This document shows positions 41,524 to 51,572 of a DNA stretch of 64,000 bases, piece by piece; positions within the stretch are counted from its first letter, which is position 1; every line of letters starts with the position of its first letter. The notes under the pieces were generated by a model that had not been told where the DNA came from, did no database searches, and saw nothing but the letters and a program-made list of their open reading frames with translations. Both the position numbers and the translations under genes were made by a program. The DNA is from an uncultured Acidobacteriota bacterium (GTDB taxonomy: Bacteria > Acidobacteriota > Thermoanaerobaculia > UBA5066 > DATFVB01), in assembly GCA_963813155.1 (NCBI GenBank), contig CAWEYG010000001.1, forward strand, positions 576,001 through 640,000. Direction: 5' to 3'.

Positions 41524-41725
41524 GGCCCTCCGATTCTCCCCTCTCCGCGGAGGGCCCTCCGGCCCACCGGGGATTTCTTAAGAAAGACAGGACGAACACG
41601 GCGCCCGTTCCCGCCGCGAAGCCCGCGAGAAAGGACGACGTCCTGGGATCGGGCACGAGCACGGCGCCGAGAGCGCCCGCGAGCACGAACGCGAGGAACA
41701 GGGGGCGGGGAACTTCCGCGACCAT
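41495..41725 (-). CDS. Small two-TM hypothetical protein
   Basis: PLFLAFVLAGALGAVLV and FLAGFAAGTGAVFVLSFL; fills the gap upstream of the regulator. Confidence 0.5.
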   Translation of the reverse strand: MVAEVPRPLFLAFVLAGALGAVLVPDPRTSSFLAGFAAGTGAVFVLSFLRNPRWAGGPSAERGESEGHDEDPLGGR

Positions 41726-41749
41726 TCGACCTTCCGCTAAAATAGCCGG

Positions 41750-41995
41750 GTGACCATCCGGCTGCTCTATTTTGCCTCTTTTCGAGAGGCGTCGGGGACC
41801 GACGAGGAGACGCGCGACGTGGCCGAGGGAACGACGGTCGGCGCTCTTTGGGAGGAGCTTCGGGCGTCGGCGCCCCATTTCGCGAAATTCCGCGCGATGC
41901 CCGCGGCCGCGGTCAACTGCGAGTACGTTTCCGCCGGGCGAACGCTCGCCGAAAACGACGAGATCGCCTTCCTTCCCCCCGTCGCCGGCGGATGA
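41750..41995 (+). CDS. moaD: Molybdopterin synthase sulfur carrier subunit
   Basis: LLYFASFRE...AVNCEY...FLPPVAGG, ending in GG. Confidence 0.93.
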   Translation: MTIRLLYFASFREASGTDEETRDVAEGTTVGALWEELRASAPHFAKFRAMPAAAVNCEYVSAGRTLAENDEIAFLPPVAGG

Positions 41996-42008
41996 GCGAA
42001 CTGCCGCG

Positions 42009-42386
42009 ATGTCGTACCTCACGACCGATCCTCTCGACCTCGGGGCCCTGATCGGCGCGGTCCGCCGCGATTCCGACGGCGGCCTGGCCGCCTTTCTCGG
42101 GGTCGTGCGCAACGAGAACGAAGGGCGGCGCGTGGGAAAGATCGAGTACACCGCCTACGCGCCGATGGTCGAGCTCGAGATGGGAAAGATCGCCTCCGAG
42201 CTCGCGCGAGACTTTCCCGAAACCCGCGTCGCGATGATCCACCGCGTCGGGCTGCTCGCCGTCGGCGAGGCCTCGGTCGCGATCGCCGCGGCGTCCCCGC
42301 ACCGCCAGGACGCCTACGCCGCCTGCCGGGAGGCGATCGAGAAAATCAAGGCCCGGGCCCCCATCTGGAAGAAGGAAATGGAGTGA
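42009..42386 (+). CDS. moaE: Molybdopterin synthase catalytic subunit
   Basis: FLGVVRN, HRVGLL, SPHR, PIWKKE. Confidence 0.93.
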   Translation: MSYLTTDPLDLGALIGAVRRDSDGGLAAFLGVVRNENEGRRVGKIEYTAYAPMVELEMGKIASELARDFPETRVAMIHRVGLLAVGEASVAIAAASPHRQDAYAACREAIEKIKARAPIWKKEME

Positions 42387-42420
42387 TATTCTTGCCTCTT
42401 CGAACCGAAGGAGAACCCGC

Positions 42421-43279
42421 ATGACCAACGTCGCTGAAAAATCCGCCGACAAGTCCAAATCCCGGGAGTGGTCTTCTCCCTCACTCGATGCCGAAGTCGT
42501 TCACTACCGCAACGACGGGGGTGTCGCGGTGATCGAGATGGACGACCCGCCGGCCAACACCTACACCTATGCATTCAACCGGCAGCTCGACGACGCGATC
42601 CTGAAGGCCCGTTTCGACGATGCCGCGCACGTGATCGTTCTCCGGGGGCGGGGCGACAAGTTTTTCTCGGCCGGCGCGAACATCAACATGCTCAATGCCG
42701 TGACCCCCGAATTCAAGTACTACTTCTGCCTTCACGCGAACGAAATGCTCTCCCGCCTGGAGCAAACGCCGAAGCTCGTGATCGCGGCCTTGAACGGGCA
42801 CACGGTGGGCGGCGGGCTCGAAATCGCCATGGCCGCCGACCTTCGCGTCGCCCGCAAGGACGCCGGCAAGATCGGCCTTCCGGAGGTCAACCTCGGGGTT
42901 CTTCCCGGCACGGGCGGCACGACCCGGCTCGCGCGACTCGTCGGCAAGGCCAAGGCGATCGAGCTGATGGTCACCGGAAACACGTACACGTTCGAGGAAG
43001 CGCTCGACATGGGAGTCGTCAATCAGGTCTGGGAGGGCTCGCCCGAAGAATGGTGGCAGCAGGTGATGGACTACGCCCGCCAGTTCTGCCCGCCCCACAA
43101 GGCCTCGATGGCCGTCGGGCACATCAAGCGCGCCGTCCAGACCGGTTCGGAGATTCCCATCGAGTCCGCGCTCGCGATCGAGCGGGAGCTGCAATCGCTG
43201 CTCTTCAAGTCGAAAGACGCGAAGGAAGGCATTGCGGCCAACGTGGAGAAGCGCACGCCGAAGTTTCACGGGAAGGTAG
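42421..43279 (+). CDS. Enoyl-CoA hydratase/isomerase family protein
   Basis: FSAGANI, GGGLEIAMAADLR, LPEVNLGVLPGTGG. Family-like sequence ends at PKFHGK, with TAG 43277 one base out of frame. Confidence 0.85.
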
Positions 43280-44246
43280 GCTCGCTCAGCCCTTTCGCCA
43301 ACACCTCGGCGAGCCTGTGCGGATCCACGTTCCCTCCCGACAGCAACGCGACGACCTTCGTGCCCGGCGCGAACTTCACGCGCCCGAAGAGAATCGCCGC
43401 GGTCGCGGCGGCGCCTCCGCCCTCCGCGCACAGCTTTGCCCGCGTGAGCAGGAGACGCATCGCTTCGGCGATCTCCTCTTCCGAAACGACGACGAGCTCG
43501 TCGACGAAACGCTTCGCGATCTCGAGCGGAAGCGCCCCCACGAACGGGGGAATCAGGCCGTCGGCCAGCGTGCCCGCGGGACGCGCGACGGGAACCGGGC
43601 GGCCCGCGTCGAGCGCGGGCTTCAACCCCGGGCCGGATTCGAGCTCGACCGCGACGACGCGAACGCCCGGCCGGCTCAGTTTGATCGCGCATGCGATTCC
43701 GCCGAGCAGCCCGCCGCCTCCCACCGGCACGACGACGGCCTCGACGTCGGGCAGGTCCTCGAGGATTTCCAGGCCCGTCGTCCCGGCGCCCGCGAGCACG
43801 ACCGGATCGTCGAACGGGTGCACGAAGACGTACCCGGTCTCGCGCTCCACTTCCCGGAGCCTGTCGAAGAGGGTCGCGTTGTCCCCGTGGGGGACGATCC
43901 TTGCGCCGTAGCCCTCGACGGCCGCGACCTTCGCGCGCGGCGCCAAGGCCGGCATGACGACGGCGCAGGGGACGCCCGCCTTTCGGGCCGCCCACGCGAC
44001 CGCCTGCGCGTGGTTTCCGGCGGAAACCGTCACGAGGCCGCGCCCCGCTTCGCCGGGGGGAAGCGAGAGCACCTTGTTCAGAGCCCCGCGGGGCTTGAAA
44101 GAGCCGGTTTTCTGGAGGCTTTCGCACTTGAGGTGGAGAACCACGCCCGCTCGCGAACCGAGCGAGGCCGCCGAGAGCAGCGGCGTTCGATGAACGTGGC
44201 CCCGAATGCGCCCGGCCGCGCTCCGGATCTCTTCGACGGAAAGCAC
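43266..44246 (-). CDS. PLP-dependent threonine/serine dehydratase (second paralog)
   Basis: KCESLQKTGSFKPRG, SAGNHAQ, PVGGGGL, SGGNVD. Confidence 0.9.
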   Translation of the reverse strand: MLSVEEIRSAAGRIRGHVHRTPLLSAASLGSRAGVVLHLKCESLQKTGSFKPRGALNKVLSLPPGEAGRGLVTVSAGNHAQAVAWAARKAGVPCAVVMPALAPRAKVAAVEGYGARIVPHGDNATLFDRLREVERETGYVFVHPFDDPVVLAGAGTTGLEILEDLPDVEAVVVPVGGGGLLGGIACAIKLSRPGVRVVAVELESGPGLKPALDAGRPVPVARPAGTLADGLIPPFVGALPLEIAKRFVDELVVVSEEEIAEAMRLLLTRAKLCAEGGGAAATAAILFGRVKFAPGTKVVALLSGGNVDPHRLAEVLAKGLSEPTFP

Positions 44247-44290
44247 TTGCGCGCAAGATACCTCCGCGCGCCGCAAGTTACAATCGAACC

Positions 44291-44974
44291 GTGGACCGCG
44301 TGTACGACATCGTCACCTTCGACTGCTACGGAACGCTGATCGACTGGGAAGGCGGAATCTCCTCCGCATTCCTGGCGGCGGCGCTCCGCGAGGGAAAGGA
44401 GCTCGAACGCAACGCCGTGCTTCGAGCCTATTCGGAAATCGAGCCCCAGGTCGAAGGCGAGCCGTATCGTCCTTACCGCGACGTCCTCGCGGAGACCGCG
44501 TCGCGCGTTGCAGCCCGGCTCGGCTGGGACCTGCCCGCTTCCCGGGCGTCGTTCCTCGCGGAGAGCCTGCCCGGATGGAAGCCGTTTCCGGACACGAATC
44601 CCGCGCTCGCTCGTCTCGTCAACGCCGGATACCGGCTCGGAATTCTCTCCAACACCGACGATGACCTCCTCGCGGCGACCCGCGAATCGCTGTCCGTCCC
44701 TTTCTCACTGGTCCTGACCTCCCAGCAACTGCACTCGTACAAGCCCGGGTATCGCCACTTCGAGGCGGCGCAGGCGCAGCTCGGCGAAGCGCGCTGGCTT
44801 CACGCCGCACAGAGCTACTTTCACGACGTCGTGCCCGCCCATTCGCTGTGCATCCCGGTCGCGTGGATCAATCGAAAACATGATTCTCCTTCCGGAACCG
44901 CCCGGCCCGACTTCGAATTCGGCTCGCTCGCGGAGCTCGCCGACGTGCTTTGCGGCAATCAAGACTCTCTTTGA
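44291..44974 (+). CDS. HAD-family hydrolase (haloacid dehalogenase type II-like)
   Basis: TFDCYGTLIDWE, ILSN, SYKP, HAAQSYFHD. Confidence 0.9.
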   Translation: MDRVYDIVTFDCYGTLIDWEGGISSAFLAAALREGKELERNAVLRAYSEIEPQVEGEPYRPYRDVLAETASRVAARLGWDLPASRASFLAESLPGWKPFPDTNPALARLVNAGYRLGILSNTDDDLLAATRESLSVPFSLVLTSQQLHSYKPGYRHFEAAQAQLGEARWLHAAQSYFHDVVPAHSLCIPVAWINRKHDSPSGTARPDFEFGSLAELADVLCGNQDSL

Positions 44975-45603
44975 GCGGAATACGCCAGGAGGATCAGGTC
45001 GGCGCGGCGCCGGACGCCGTACTTCGCGAGAACGTTCGAGACGTGGAATTTGGCGGTTCGCTCCGAAATCCGGAGAGACGACGCGATTTCCTTGTTCGAC
45101 GAATTCCGCAGGAGAATCGCCATCACCTGCCGCTCCCGCTCGGTGAGCTCGTCGGCCGCCGCCGGCGCCTTCGGCACGGAGACCGACAGCGCGGTCTCGA
45201 CGAACTTCGTCAGCAGCTCGCGGGGCACCCAGTAGCCGCCCTGTGAGAGCTCCGCGAGCGCCCAGGGGAGACGGTCGCGGATCTCCGAATACGAGAGCAG
45301 CCCCTTGACGCCGATTCGAAGCAGCGGAAAGGCGGAAGCCTCCGTGAACGTCTCCGCCGTCACGAGGACTCGGGCGTCCGCGCGGCGCGAGAGGAGCCGG
45401 CGAACCAGGCCCTCCGTCGAGGAACGCGGGCTCTCGCTTTCGACGGCGTAGAGCGAGCACCTCGGGATCGGGGCCTTCAGATCCGGGACGGGACCGATGC
45501 GCAGCCCCTCGACGCGAAAAGGCGACTCTTCGAGCGTCCGCTCAAAATCCAGGAGCAAGGTCGGGTGGATCCAGAGGAGGAGCACGACCTCACGCGGTTC
45601 CAT
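44959..45603 (-). CDS. LuxR/NarL-type regulator with a degenerate receiver domain
   Basis: LTERERQV...NKEIASSLRISERTAKFHVSN. Confidence 0.85.
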   Translation of the reverse strand: MEPREVVLLLWIHPTLLLDFERTLEESPFRVEGLRIGPVPDLKAPIPRCSLYAVESESPRSSTEGLVRRLLSRRADARVLVTAETFTEASAFPLLRIGVKGLLSYSEIRDRLPWALAELSQGGYWVPRELLTKFVETALSVSVPKAPAAADELTERERQVMAILLRNSSNKEIASSLRISERTAKFHVSNVLAKYGVRRRADLILLAYSAQRES

Positions 45604-45689
45604 GATTTCGTCTTTGTCGCAAAGAACGTGCCGCCCGAGGCGCCAGTGACGCTATAGCTATTTCCGACTCGGGACACTAAAGTCCCCGC

Positions 45690-46604
45690 GTGCGCGGGCG
45701 CGTGCTTTTTTTCTACTCGGTCTGCTGCCTCATCTGGGGTTCCACGTGGCTCGTCATCAAGATCGGGCTCGCCAATTTCCCTCCCTTCGAATTCGCGGCG
45801 CTTCGGATGGGAATCGCGTGCGCCGTTCTGGCCCCGATCTCCTTTCGAGCGGGTTTTCCCGCCCTGAGCGCCCGCGAATGGAGGGCGGTGGCCTTCAGCG
45901 GGATCCTCCAGATCGGCCTCTCGTACGCGTTCGTCTTCGCGGCCGAAGCGAAGATCGACTCCGGATTGACCGCGATTCTCTTCGCGAGCTATCCGATCTG
46001 GGTCGGGCTGTTCGCGCACGCGCTCCTCCCGGGGGAACCGCTGACCCGCGCGAGTCTCACGGCCGCCCTCTTCGGGCTGCTCGGAGTCGCCGTTCTCGAG
46101 CTGCCGGCACTGCGCGGGCTTTTGCGGGGAGGTTCGCTCGGCTGGGCCGCTTTTTTCCCCGCGTTGTCGGCGGTGTCGTCGGCCCTCTCGAATGTCTGGA
46201 TCAAGCGGAACCTGGCGCGGGTCTCTCCTGCCGTCAACCTCTGGGGACAGACGCTCGTCGGATCGCTCTTTCTGCTTCTTCTGTCGCTCTCCTTCGAGAG
46301 GCACGCGCGAATTCTCTGGAGCCCGAAGGCGGTCGCGGCCCTCCTGTTCCTCTCGATCCCGGGAACCGTCGTCGCCTTCCTCGCGCTCCTCTGGCTGATC
46401 CCCCGCGTCCGGATGTCGACGATCGGCGTCATTCCGCTCATCGACACCCTCATCGCCGTGCTTCTGGGAGTCGTCGTTCTTGCGGAGCCGTTCGGGTGGC
46501 GGATTTTCTTCGGCGGCCTGCTGATCCTCGGCGGCGCGGCCCTCGCCGTGCGGAGTCCCGGGAGCGGCCACGCCTCCGCCGGCGGTGATACGATTCCGGG
46601 CTGA
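45690..46604 (+). CDS. EamA/DMT family transporter
   Basis: IWGSTWLVIKIGL and about 10 TM helices. Confidence 0.92.
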   Translation: MRGRVLFFYSVCCLIWGSTWLVIKIGLANFPPFEFAALRMGIACAVLAPISFRAGFPALSAREWRAVAFSGILQIGLSYAFVFAAEAKIDSGLTAILFASYPIWVGLFAHALLPGEPLTRASLTAALFGLLGVAVLELPALRGLLRGGSLGWAAFFPALSAVSSALSNVWIKRNLARVSPAVNLWGQTLVGSLFLLLLSLSFERHARILWSPKAVAALLFLSIPGTVVAFLALLWLIPRVRMSTIGVIPLIDTLIAVLLGVVVLAEPFGWRIFFGGLLILGGAALAVRSPGSGHASAGGDTIPG

Positions 46605-46828
46605 TGGGCCCGGTTTGGAAGCTGATCAAGAACGTCAAGGACGTCTGTTCCCAGTGCGGGGTGGAAATCGTGGATTTTCCCGCCGTGGGGCGGATCGTCG
46701 ATTTTCAGTTCCTGCTCTCCGAAAAATTCTGCTGGCCCTGCTACCGCTACAACGCGGCTCTCGTCGACGAGGTCGATCCCCAGTCGCTCCACCCGTTCCA
46801 GCCCGTCACGAAACCGATCATCCCGTAG
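46604..46828 (+). CDS. Small hypothetical protein with two CxxC motifs
   Basis: CSQC and CWPC; TGATG coupling to the EamA gene. Confidence 0.65.
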   Translation: MGPVWKLIKNVKDVCSQCGVEIVDFPAVGRIVDFQFLLSEKFCWPCYRYNAALVDEVDPQSLHPFQPVTKPIIP

Positions 46829-46853
46829 CCGGGAACCGGGCGGGTCCGTGCAG

Positions 46854-46970
46854 CCGGGCGGGTGGCGCGGGGCGAGACTCCCTTTTGCCGCTCGCGACGC
46901 GGGTGTAGCAAAGTCCTCAGGCTCGCGGCGAGCGGAAAAGAGGAGCGAGTCCCGCGACAGGACCCGCCCG
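46854..46970. repeat. 117-bp palindromic intergenic element, copy 1
   Basis: Matches 52135-52251 at 111 of 117 positions by manual alignment; long imperfect hairpin. Confidence 0.9.
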
Positions 46971-46998
46971 CTGGGGGCGTTAGAATCCCGAGCCAGAC

Positions 46999-47724
46999 AT
47001 GAGCGAAACCCGCGTCGTCATCGAGACTCCCGAAGGACCGATGGAGGGTCACTTCGAGCTGCCCGAAGGGGCGCCGCGGGCTCCGGGGATCCTCGTCGCG
47101 CAAGAGGCGTTCGGCGTCAACGAGCACATCCGGGGAGTCTGCCGCAGGCTCGCGGGCGCGGGATACGCCGCGCTGGCCCCGGAGCTCTATCACCGGCAGG
47201 GCAGCGGCATCGTCGTGGACTACAGCGATTTCGACCGGGTGCGCCCCCTCCTCGGTTCCCTCACCGCCGACGGCCTGACATCGGACCTGCTCTCCGCGCT
47301 CTCGTTCCTCGACGCGCACCCTGCTGTCGACCCTGCCCGGATCGGGATCGTGGGATTCTGCGTCGGGGGATACGTCTCGTTCCTGGCGGCATGTCGCACG
47401 CACGTGTCCGCGGCGGTCTGCTTCTACGGCGGCGGAATCGTAACGCCGAGGCCGACGTCGAAACTTCCGCCCCTGCTTTCGGAAGCGGGACGAATCCGGT
47501 GCCCCGTGCTCAGCCTCTTCGGCGAGGAGGACGCATCGATTCCCCTGTCCGACGTCGATGCGATCCGCTCGACCCTTTCGGCGCTCGGAAAGGACTACGG
47601 GATCGTGACGTACCCCGGCGCCGGACACGGATTCTTCTGCGAGCTCCGCCCGTCCTATCGGGAGGAGGCCGCAGCCGATGCCTGGAGGAGGACACTCGAC
47701 TGGCTCGACCGGAACCTGGGCTAA
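46999..47724 (+). CDS. Dienelactone hydrolase family protein
   Basis: QEAFGVN, GFCVGG, YPGAGHGF. Confidence 0.93.
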   Translation: MSETRVVIETPEGPMEGHFELPEGAPRAPGILVAQEAFGVNEHIRGVCRRLAGAGYAALAPELYHRQGSGIVVDYSDFDRVRPLLGSLTADGLTSDLLSALSFLDAHPAVDPARIGIVGFCVGGYVSFLAACRTHVSAAVCFYGGGIVTPRPTSKLPPLLSEAGRIRCPVLSLFGEEDASIPLSDVDAIRSTLSALGKDYGIVTYPGAGHGFFCELRPSYREEAAADAWRRTLDWLDRNLG

Positions 47725-47734
47725 AATGCCGCCG

Positions 47735-48844
47735 ATGAGCGATCTTCTTTCGACCTTCCGCGGCTCCGATCTCGAGCCCATTGCCGAGAAAGTCGAGGCG
47801 CGCGAGCGAATCCGCTTCGAAGACGGCGTCCGGCTTTTCCAGACCCGCGACCTCCTGGGACTCGGGCGCCTCGCGAATTTCGTCCGCGAGCGCGAGCACG
47901 GCAACCACGCCTTCTTCAACGTCAACCGATACCTGAACCCCACGAACCTGTGCTGGGTCGACTGCGCCCTTTGCGCCTGGGCGAAGAAGGTGAACGAGCC
48001 GGGCGGATACGACATGGGGATCGAGGAGTGCGTCAAGCACGCCCGGGAAGGCTACTCGGAGGCCGTCACCGAGTTTCACATCGTCGGAGGCCTGCATCCG
48101 TACTGGCCCTTCGAGTACTACACGGGGCTCCTGTCGGCGCTCAAGAAGGAATTCCCGGGCGTCCACCTGAAGGCCTGGACGATGGTCGAGATCGACTGGA
48201 TCGCCCGCGTCGGCAAGAAATCGCTCGAAGAAACCATCCTCGCTCTCAAGGATGCCGGCCTCGATTCCTGTCCCGGCGGCGGAGCCGAGATCTTCGCGAC
48301 GCGGGTTCGCGACGTGATCTGCAAGAACAAGATTTCGGGCGAGCGCTGGCTCGAGGTCGCGAAGGTGTGCCACGAAAACGGCGTCCGGACGAACGCGACG
48401 ATGCTCTACGGATCGGTCGAGACGATCGAGGAGCGCGTCGACCACCTGGAGCGGCTCCGTCTCCTGCAGGACGAGACCGGCGGGTTCACCGGCCTGATCC
48501 CGCTCGCGTTTCATCCGGAGAATACGCCGCTCGCGCACCTGCCGGAAACGTCCGGGCAGACGGACCTGCGGGTGATCGCGGTTTCCCGCCTGATGCTCGA
48601 CAATTTTCCGCACGTCAAGGCGTACTGGATCCAGATCGGCACGAAGCTGGCCCAGGTCGCTCTGTCTTTCGGGGCGGACGACCTCGTCGGCACGCTCGTG
48701 GAAGAGACGATCACCCACGCGGCCGGCGCGACAACGGCCAGGGGCATGACGCGAACGGCCTTCGAGGACATGATCCGCGAAACCGGACGGGAGCCTTTCG
48801 AGCGGGACAGCGAGTACCGCCGGGTCGTGCGCCCCGCGGCGTAG
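47735..48844 (+). CDS. mqnE: Aminofutalosine synthase MqnE (radical SAM)
   Basis: NPTNLCWVDCALC, VGGLHP, PGGGAEIF, TNATMLYG, HVKAYW. Confidence 0.88.
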   Translation: MSDLLSTFRGSDLEPIAEKVEARERIRFEDGVRLFQTRDLLGLGRLANFVREREHGNHAFFNVNRYLNPTNLCWVDCALCAWAKKVNEPGGYDMGIEECVKHAREGYSEAVTEFHIVGGLHPYWPFEYYTGLLSALKKEFPGVHLKAWTMVEIDWIARVGKKSLEETILALKDAGLDSCPGGGAEIFATRVRDVICKNKISGERWLEVAKVCHENGVRTNATMLYGSVETIEERVDHLERLRLLQDETGGFTGLIPLAFHPENTPLAHLPETSGQTDLRVIAVSRLMLDNFPHVKAYWIQIGTKLAQVALSFGADDLVGTLVEETITHAAGATTARGMTRTAFEDMIRETGREPFERDSEYRRVVRPAA

Positions 48845-48967
48845 ACTCCCCCACAGCAGGAATTTGACAGCGGCGGCGTCCTCGACGGCGCGTTTCGCGG
48901 CCCGGAAACACGCCCTGGAAGAATTATTGACTCGACCGCGCAGGCGATTTGCGGGACAATTCCGGAT

Positions 48968-49399
48968 GTGGGGATGCCCGTCCGTACGCTGAGCGCGATC
49001 CTCCGGCACGCCGAGGGGAACCCGGCCGTTCGAAAGGCCGACCTTCAATGCGGGGACGAGGTCGTCATCGCGACGGAAAACTCGGTCTACTCGATCGTCG
49101 TCGGCGACGACTCGACCTACACGGTTCGCGGCGGGTGGTTCGACCGCGAAGGCGCGACGCCCGCCCGTATCCCCATCAACGGCTGCACCTGGGGAGGGAG
49201 CATCATCCAAACGGGAGTCCTGGCGGCTCGCGGCCTGCGACTGGAATTCGCGAACCGGGTCGTGACGAGCCCAATCAAGGATTTTCTCGTGATCCGTCCC
49301 GAAGCCCCGGACGCGGACGCGCGGCGACTCGCCGTGACCGACGAGGCCGTCCTGGCGGGCTGCGGAATTTCCTGGGTCGGGAACGCTCCCGTCGGCTAA
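48968..49399 (+). CDS. Hypothetical protein
   Basis: TENSVY...GGWF...GCTWGGS...VTSPI; GACAAT 7 nt before the GTG. Confidence 0.7.
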   Translation: MGMPVRTLSAILRHAEGNPAVRKADLQCGDEVVIATENSVYSIVVGDDSTYTVRGGWFDREGATPARIPINGCTWGGSIIQTGVLAARGLRLEFANRVVTSPIKDFLVIRPEAPDADARRLAVTDEAVLAGCGISWVGNAPVG

Positions 49400-50061
49400 C
49401 GGCGCCCCCACGGCGCCGGCGGATCCACGCCCGCGAGCCGGTCGGCTTCCTCGGTGGCTTCGTCGATCGCGCTTCCGATCTTCGCGAGCGCTTCCGGATC
49501 CGACTCCGACCCGAGGCGGAAAGGCTCCCCGTAGGTCACGATACTCCGGGAAAAAGGCAATGGGACGAGGTACCGATCCCAGGACCGGAGAAACCGGGGC
49601 CGCGTCGTGCCGGCCGAAACCGGAAGCACCCAGGCTCCCGACCGGCGAGCGAGCGTCAGGATCCCTTCCTGCACCACGCGGGGAGGTCCCTTCGGGCCGT
49701 CGACTGTCAGGGCCGCGGCGTGTCCCGCTTCGAGATACTTCTTCAGCAGGACGATCCCCCGCGCGCCGCCTTTGTTCGTGGAGCCGCGGACCGCGAAGTA
49801 ACCGTTGTTCTCGAGCCAGCGCGAAATGATCTCGCCGTCCCTGGACTTCGAAGCCATGGTCGCGACTCCCTGGCCGCGATGCCGCCAGATGGGAAGGAGC
49901 ATTCGCCCGTGCCACAGCGCGAAAACGTACGGCTCCCCCTTCGATCTCAGCGCCTCGAAACGCTCTCCGTGCGCGACTTCGAGCCGGCCGGTCGCCAGAA
50001 CAGCGCGAAGAGCGGCCGAGATCCCCGCCGAGGCGGGGCCGGCGCAGGCCGCGAGGTTCAC
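49396..50061 (-). CDS. DUF374 lysophospholipid acyltransferase family protein
   Basis: ALWHGR, SKSRDGE, RGST, TVDGPKGP, SWDRYLVPLPF. Confidence 0.88.
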   Translation of the reverse strand: MNLAACAGPASAGISAALRAVLATGRLEVAHGERFEALRSKGEPYVFALWHGRMLLPIWRHRGQGVATMASKSRDGEIISRWLENNGYFAVRGSTNKGGARGIVLLKKYLEAGHAAALTVDGPKGPPRVVQEGILTLARRSGAWVLPVSAGTTRPRFLRSWDRYLVPLPFSRSIVTYGEPFRLGSESDPEALAKIGSAIDEATEEADRLAGVDPPAPWGRR

Positions 50062-50077
50062 GGGAAAGCCGCCGGAC

Positions 50078-50491
50078 TCATCGGTAGAGCATCCAGTAGA
50101 CGACGACGCCGGTGACCGAAACGTAGAACCAGATCGGCAGGGTCCAGTGCGCGAGCCTTCGATGACGCGGATAGCGCCCTCGCAGCCCGAGAACGAGCGT
50201 CGTCACGGCCAGCGGAAGCGTCACCATCGCGAGGACCGTGTGCGTCCCGAGAAGCGTCAGATAGAACGTGCGCCGCGCGCCGGTTCCTGGATATCGGTGC
50301 ACGCCGGCGTGGGCATGGTAGGTCAGGTAGCTCGCCAGAAAAACGATCGAAACGCAAAACGCGGAGATCATGACCGCCCGGTGCGCAAAGATCTGTTTTC
50401 GCCGGATCAAAACGAAACCCGTCGCGAGGAGGAGCGCGCAGAGGGCGTTCAGGCACGCGTTGACCGTGGGGAGGATCGAGTAAGGAATCAG
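50078..50491 (-). CDS. DUF420 membrane protein
   Basis: LPTVNACLNA, FLASYLTYH, HRRLAHWTLPIWFYVSVTGVVVY; start codon uncertain. Confidence 0.85.
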   Translation of the reverse strand: MIPYSILPTVNACLNALCALLLATGFVLIRRKQIFAHRAVMISAFCVSIVFLASYLTYHAHAGVHRYPGTGARRTFYLTLLGTHTVLAMVTLPLAVTTLVLGLRGRYPRHRRLAHWTLPIWFYVSVTGVVVYWMLYR

Positions 50492-50760
50492 GGGGCTTCC
50501 GGAAGAGCGTCCAGATCGCCGGGCCCTCGCCGGGCTCGCCGCCGCGCGAGAAAAAGCTTCACGGCGACGAATGCGACCGTCAGAAACGGCGCGGCGATCA
50601 TCAGCATGATCGACCAGAAAAACCCCCGGCCGAGCTGGCTCGGCCGCCCGCCGGAGACGTCGTTGGACATGTTTTCCGAGCACAGCGGGCACGCGAGCGC
50701 AACGCGCGTCGAAACGGCGATCGCCGCGGCGGTGCAGGCGCGAACGAGCTTCGAAATCAC
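50488..50760 (-). CDS. Small ACPxC membrane protein, oxidase-associated
   Basis: Signal peptide, ACPLC, then one TM helix. Confidence 0.7.
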   Translation of the reverse strand: MISKLVRACTAAAIAVSTRVALACPLCSENMSNDVSGGRPSQLGRGFFWSIMLMIAAPFLTVAFVAVKLFLARRRARRGPGDLDALPEAP

Positions 50761-50849
50761 GGTCCGGAAGGATACCGCAAGGTCCGTCCCGTGTCACCCG
50801 TCCGATCGCCGGTTGACCCCGCCGCGTCGCGACGGTACGCTTTTCGGCC

Positions 50850-51572
50850 GTGGCACCGAATACCGACCTTCCGCCGGACCCGAAGAAGAAGCCAGGACGG
50901 GCTCGCCGCTTCGCGAAGGAGATGCAGGAGCTCGTTCTCATCGGCCTCCTCATTCTCTCCGGCCGCTCCGTGCTCGCCGACTGGTACCAGGTTCCCACCG
51001 GCTCCATGAAGCCGACGATTCTCGAGGGCGACCGCGTCTTCGTCGCGAAGTGCGCCTACCAGATTCGCTTCCCTTTTTCGGCGATCCGGCTCTTCTCGGT
51101 CGCGGCCCCGAAACGGGGCGACGTGGTCGTCCTGCGAAATCCCGACGGGGGCTCCATTCCGCTCGTCAAACGCGTCGTGGGGCTCCCCGGCGACATGGTC
51201 GAATTGAAGGGCGAGCGCCTGTTCGTCAACGGAGCGTTCCAGCCGTTGCAGCTCCGGCCCTCGGAAGCCGAAGCCCACGAACGCGCGTGGGTGGGCACCG
51301 AAAAGCTAAACGGGCAGATCCATCCCGTGCAGATTCTCCCGGATCGACCCGCGCTTCGGACGTTCGGCCCGATCCGCGTTCCCGACGGGGAAGTGTTTCT
51401 GATGGGGGACAACCGCGACGACAGCCGCGACGGCCGCTACTTCGGGCCGCGCCCGATTTCCGACCTCCTCGGAAAGGCCGAGGGAATCTTCTGGAGCTGG
51501 AACCCGGCGTTCTGGAAGGGACCGCGCCTCTCCCGATTCGGTCGGCCCCTCGCGAGCGCGCCGAAGGGTTAG
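50850..51572 (+). CDS. lepB: Signal peptidase I
   Basis: VPTGSMKPT, VKRVVGLPGD, MGDNRDDSRDGR. Confidence 0.93.
   Translation: MAPNTDLPPDPKKKPGRARRFAKEMQELVLIGLLILSGRSVLADWYQVPTGSMKPTILEGDRVFVAKCAYQIRFPFSAIRLFSVAAPKRGDVVVLRNPDGGSIPLVKRVVGLPGDMVELKGERLFVNGAFQPLQLRPSEAEAHERAWVGTEKLNGQIHPVQILPDRPALRTFGPIRVPDGEVFLMGDNRDDSRDGRYFGPRPISDLLGKAEGIFWSWNPAFWKGPRLSRFGRPLASAPKG

Noticed and set aside
41750-42386. Ubiquitin-like conjugation or defence system
   Set aside because: The GG-ending protein is directly paired with MoaE, i.e. an ordinary molybdopterin synthase; no E1, E2 or JAB genes are nearby.
42421-43911. 496-aa enoyl-CoA hydratase fusion in the ORF track
   Set aside because: The extension is antisense to the dehydratase gene, and a TAG lies one base out of frame where the family normally ends.
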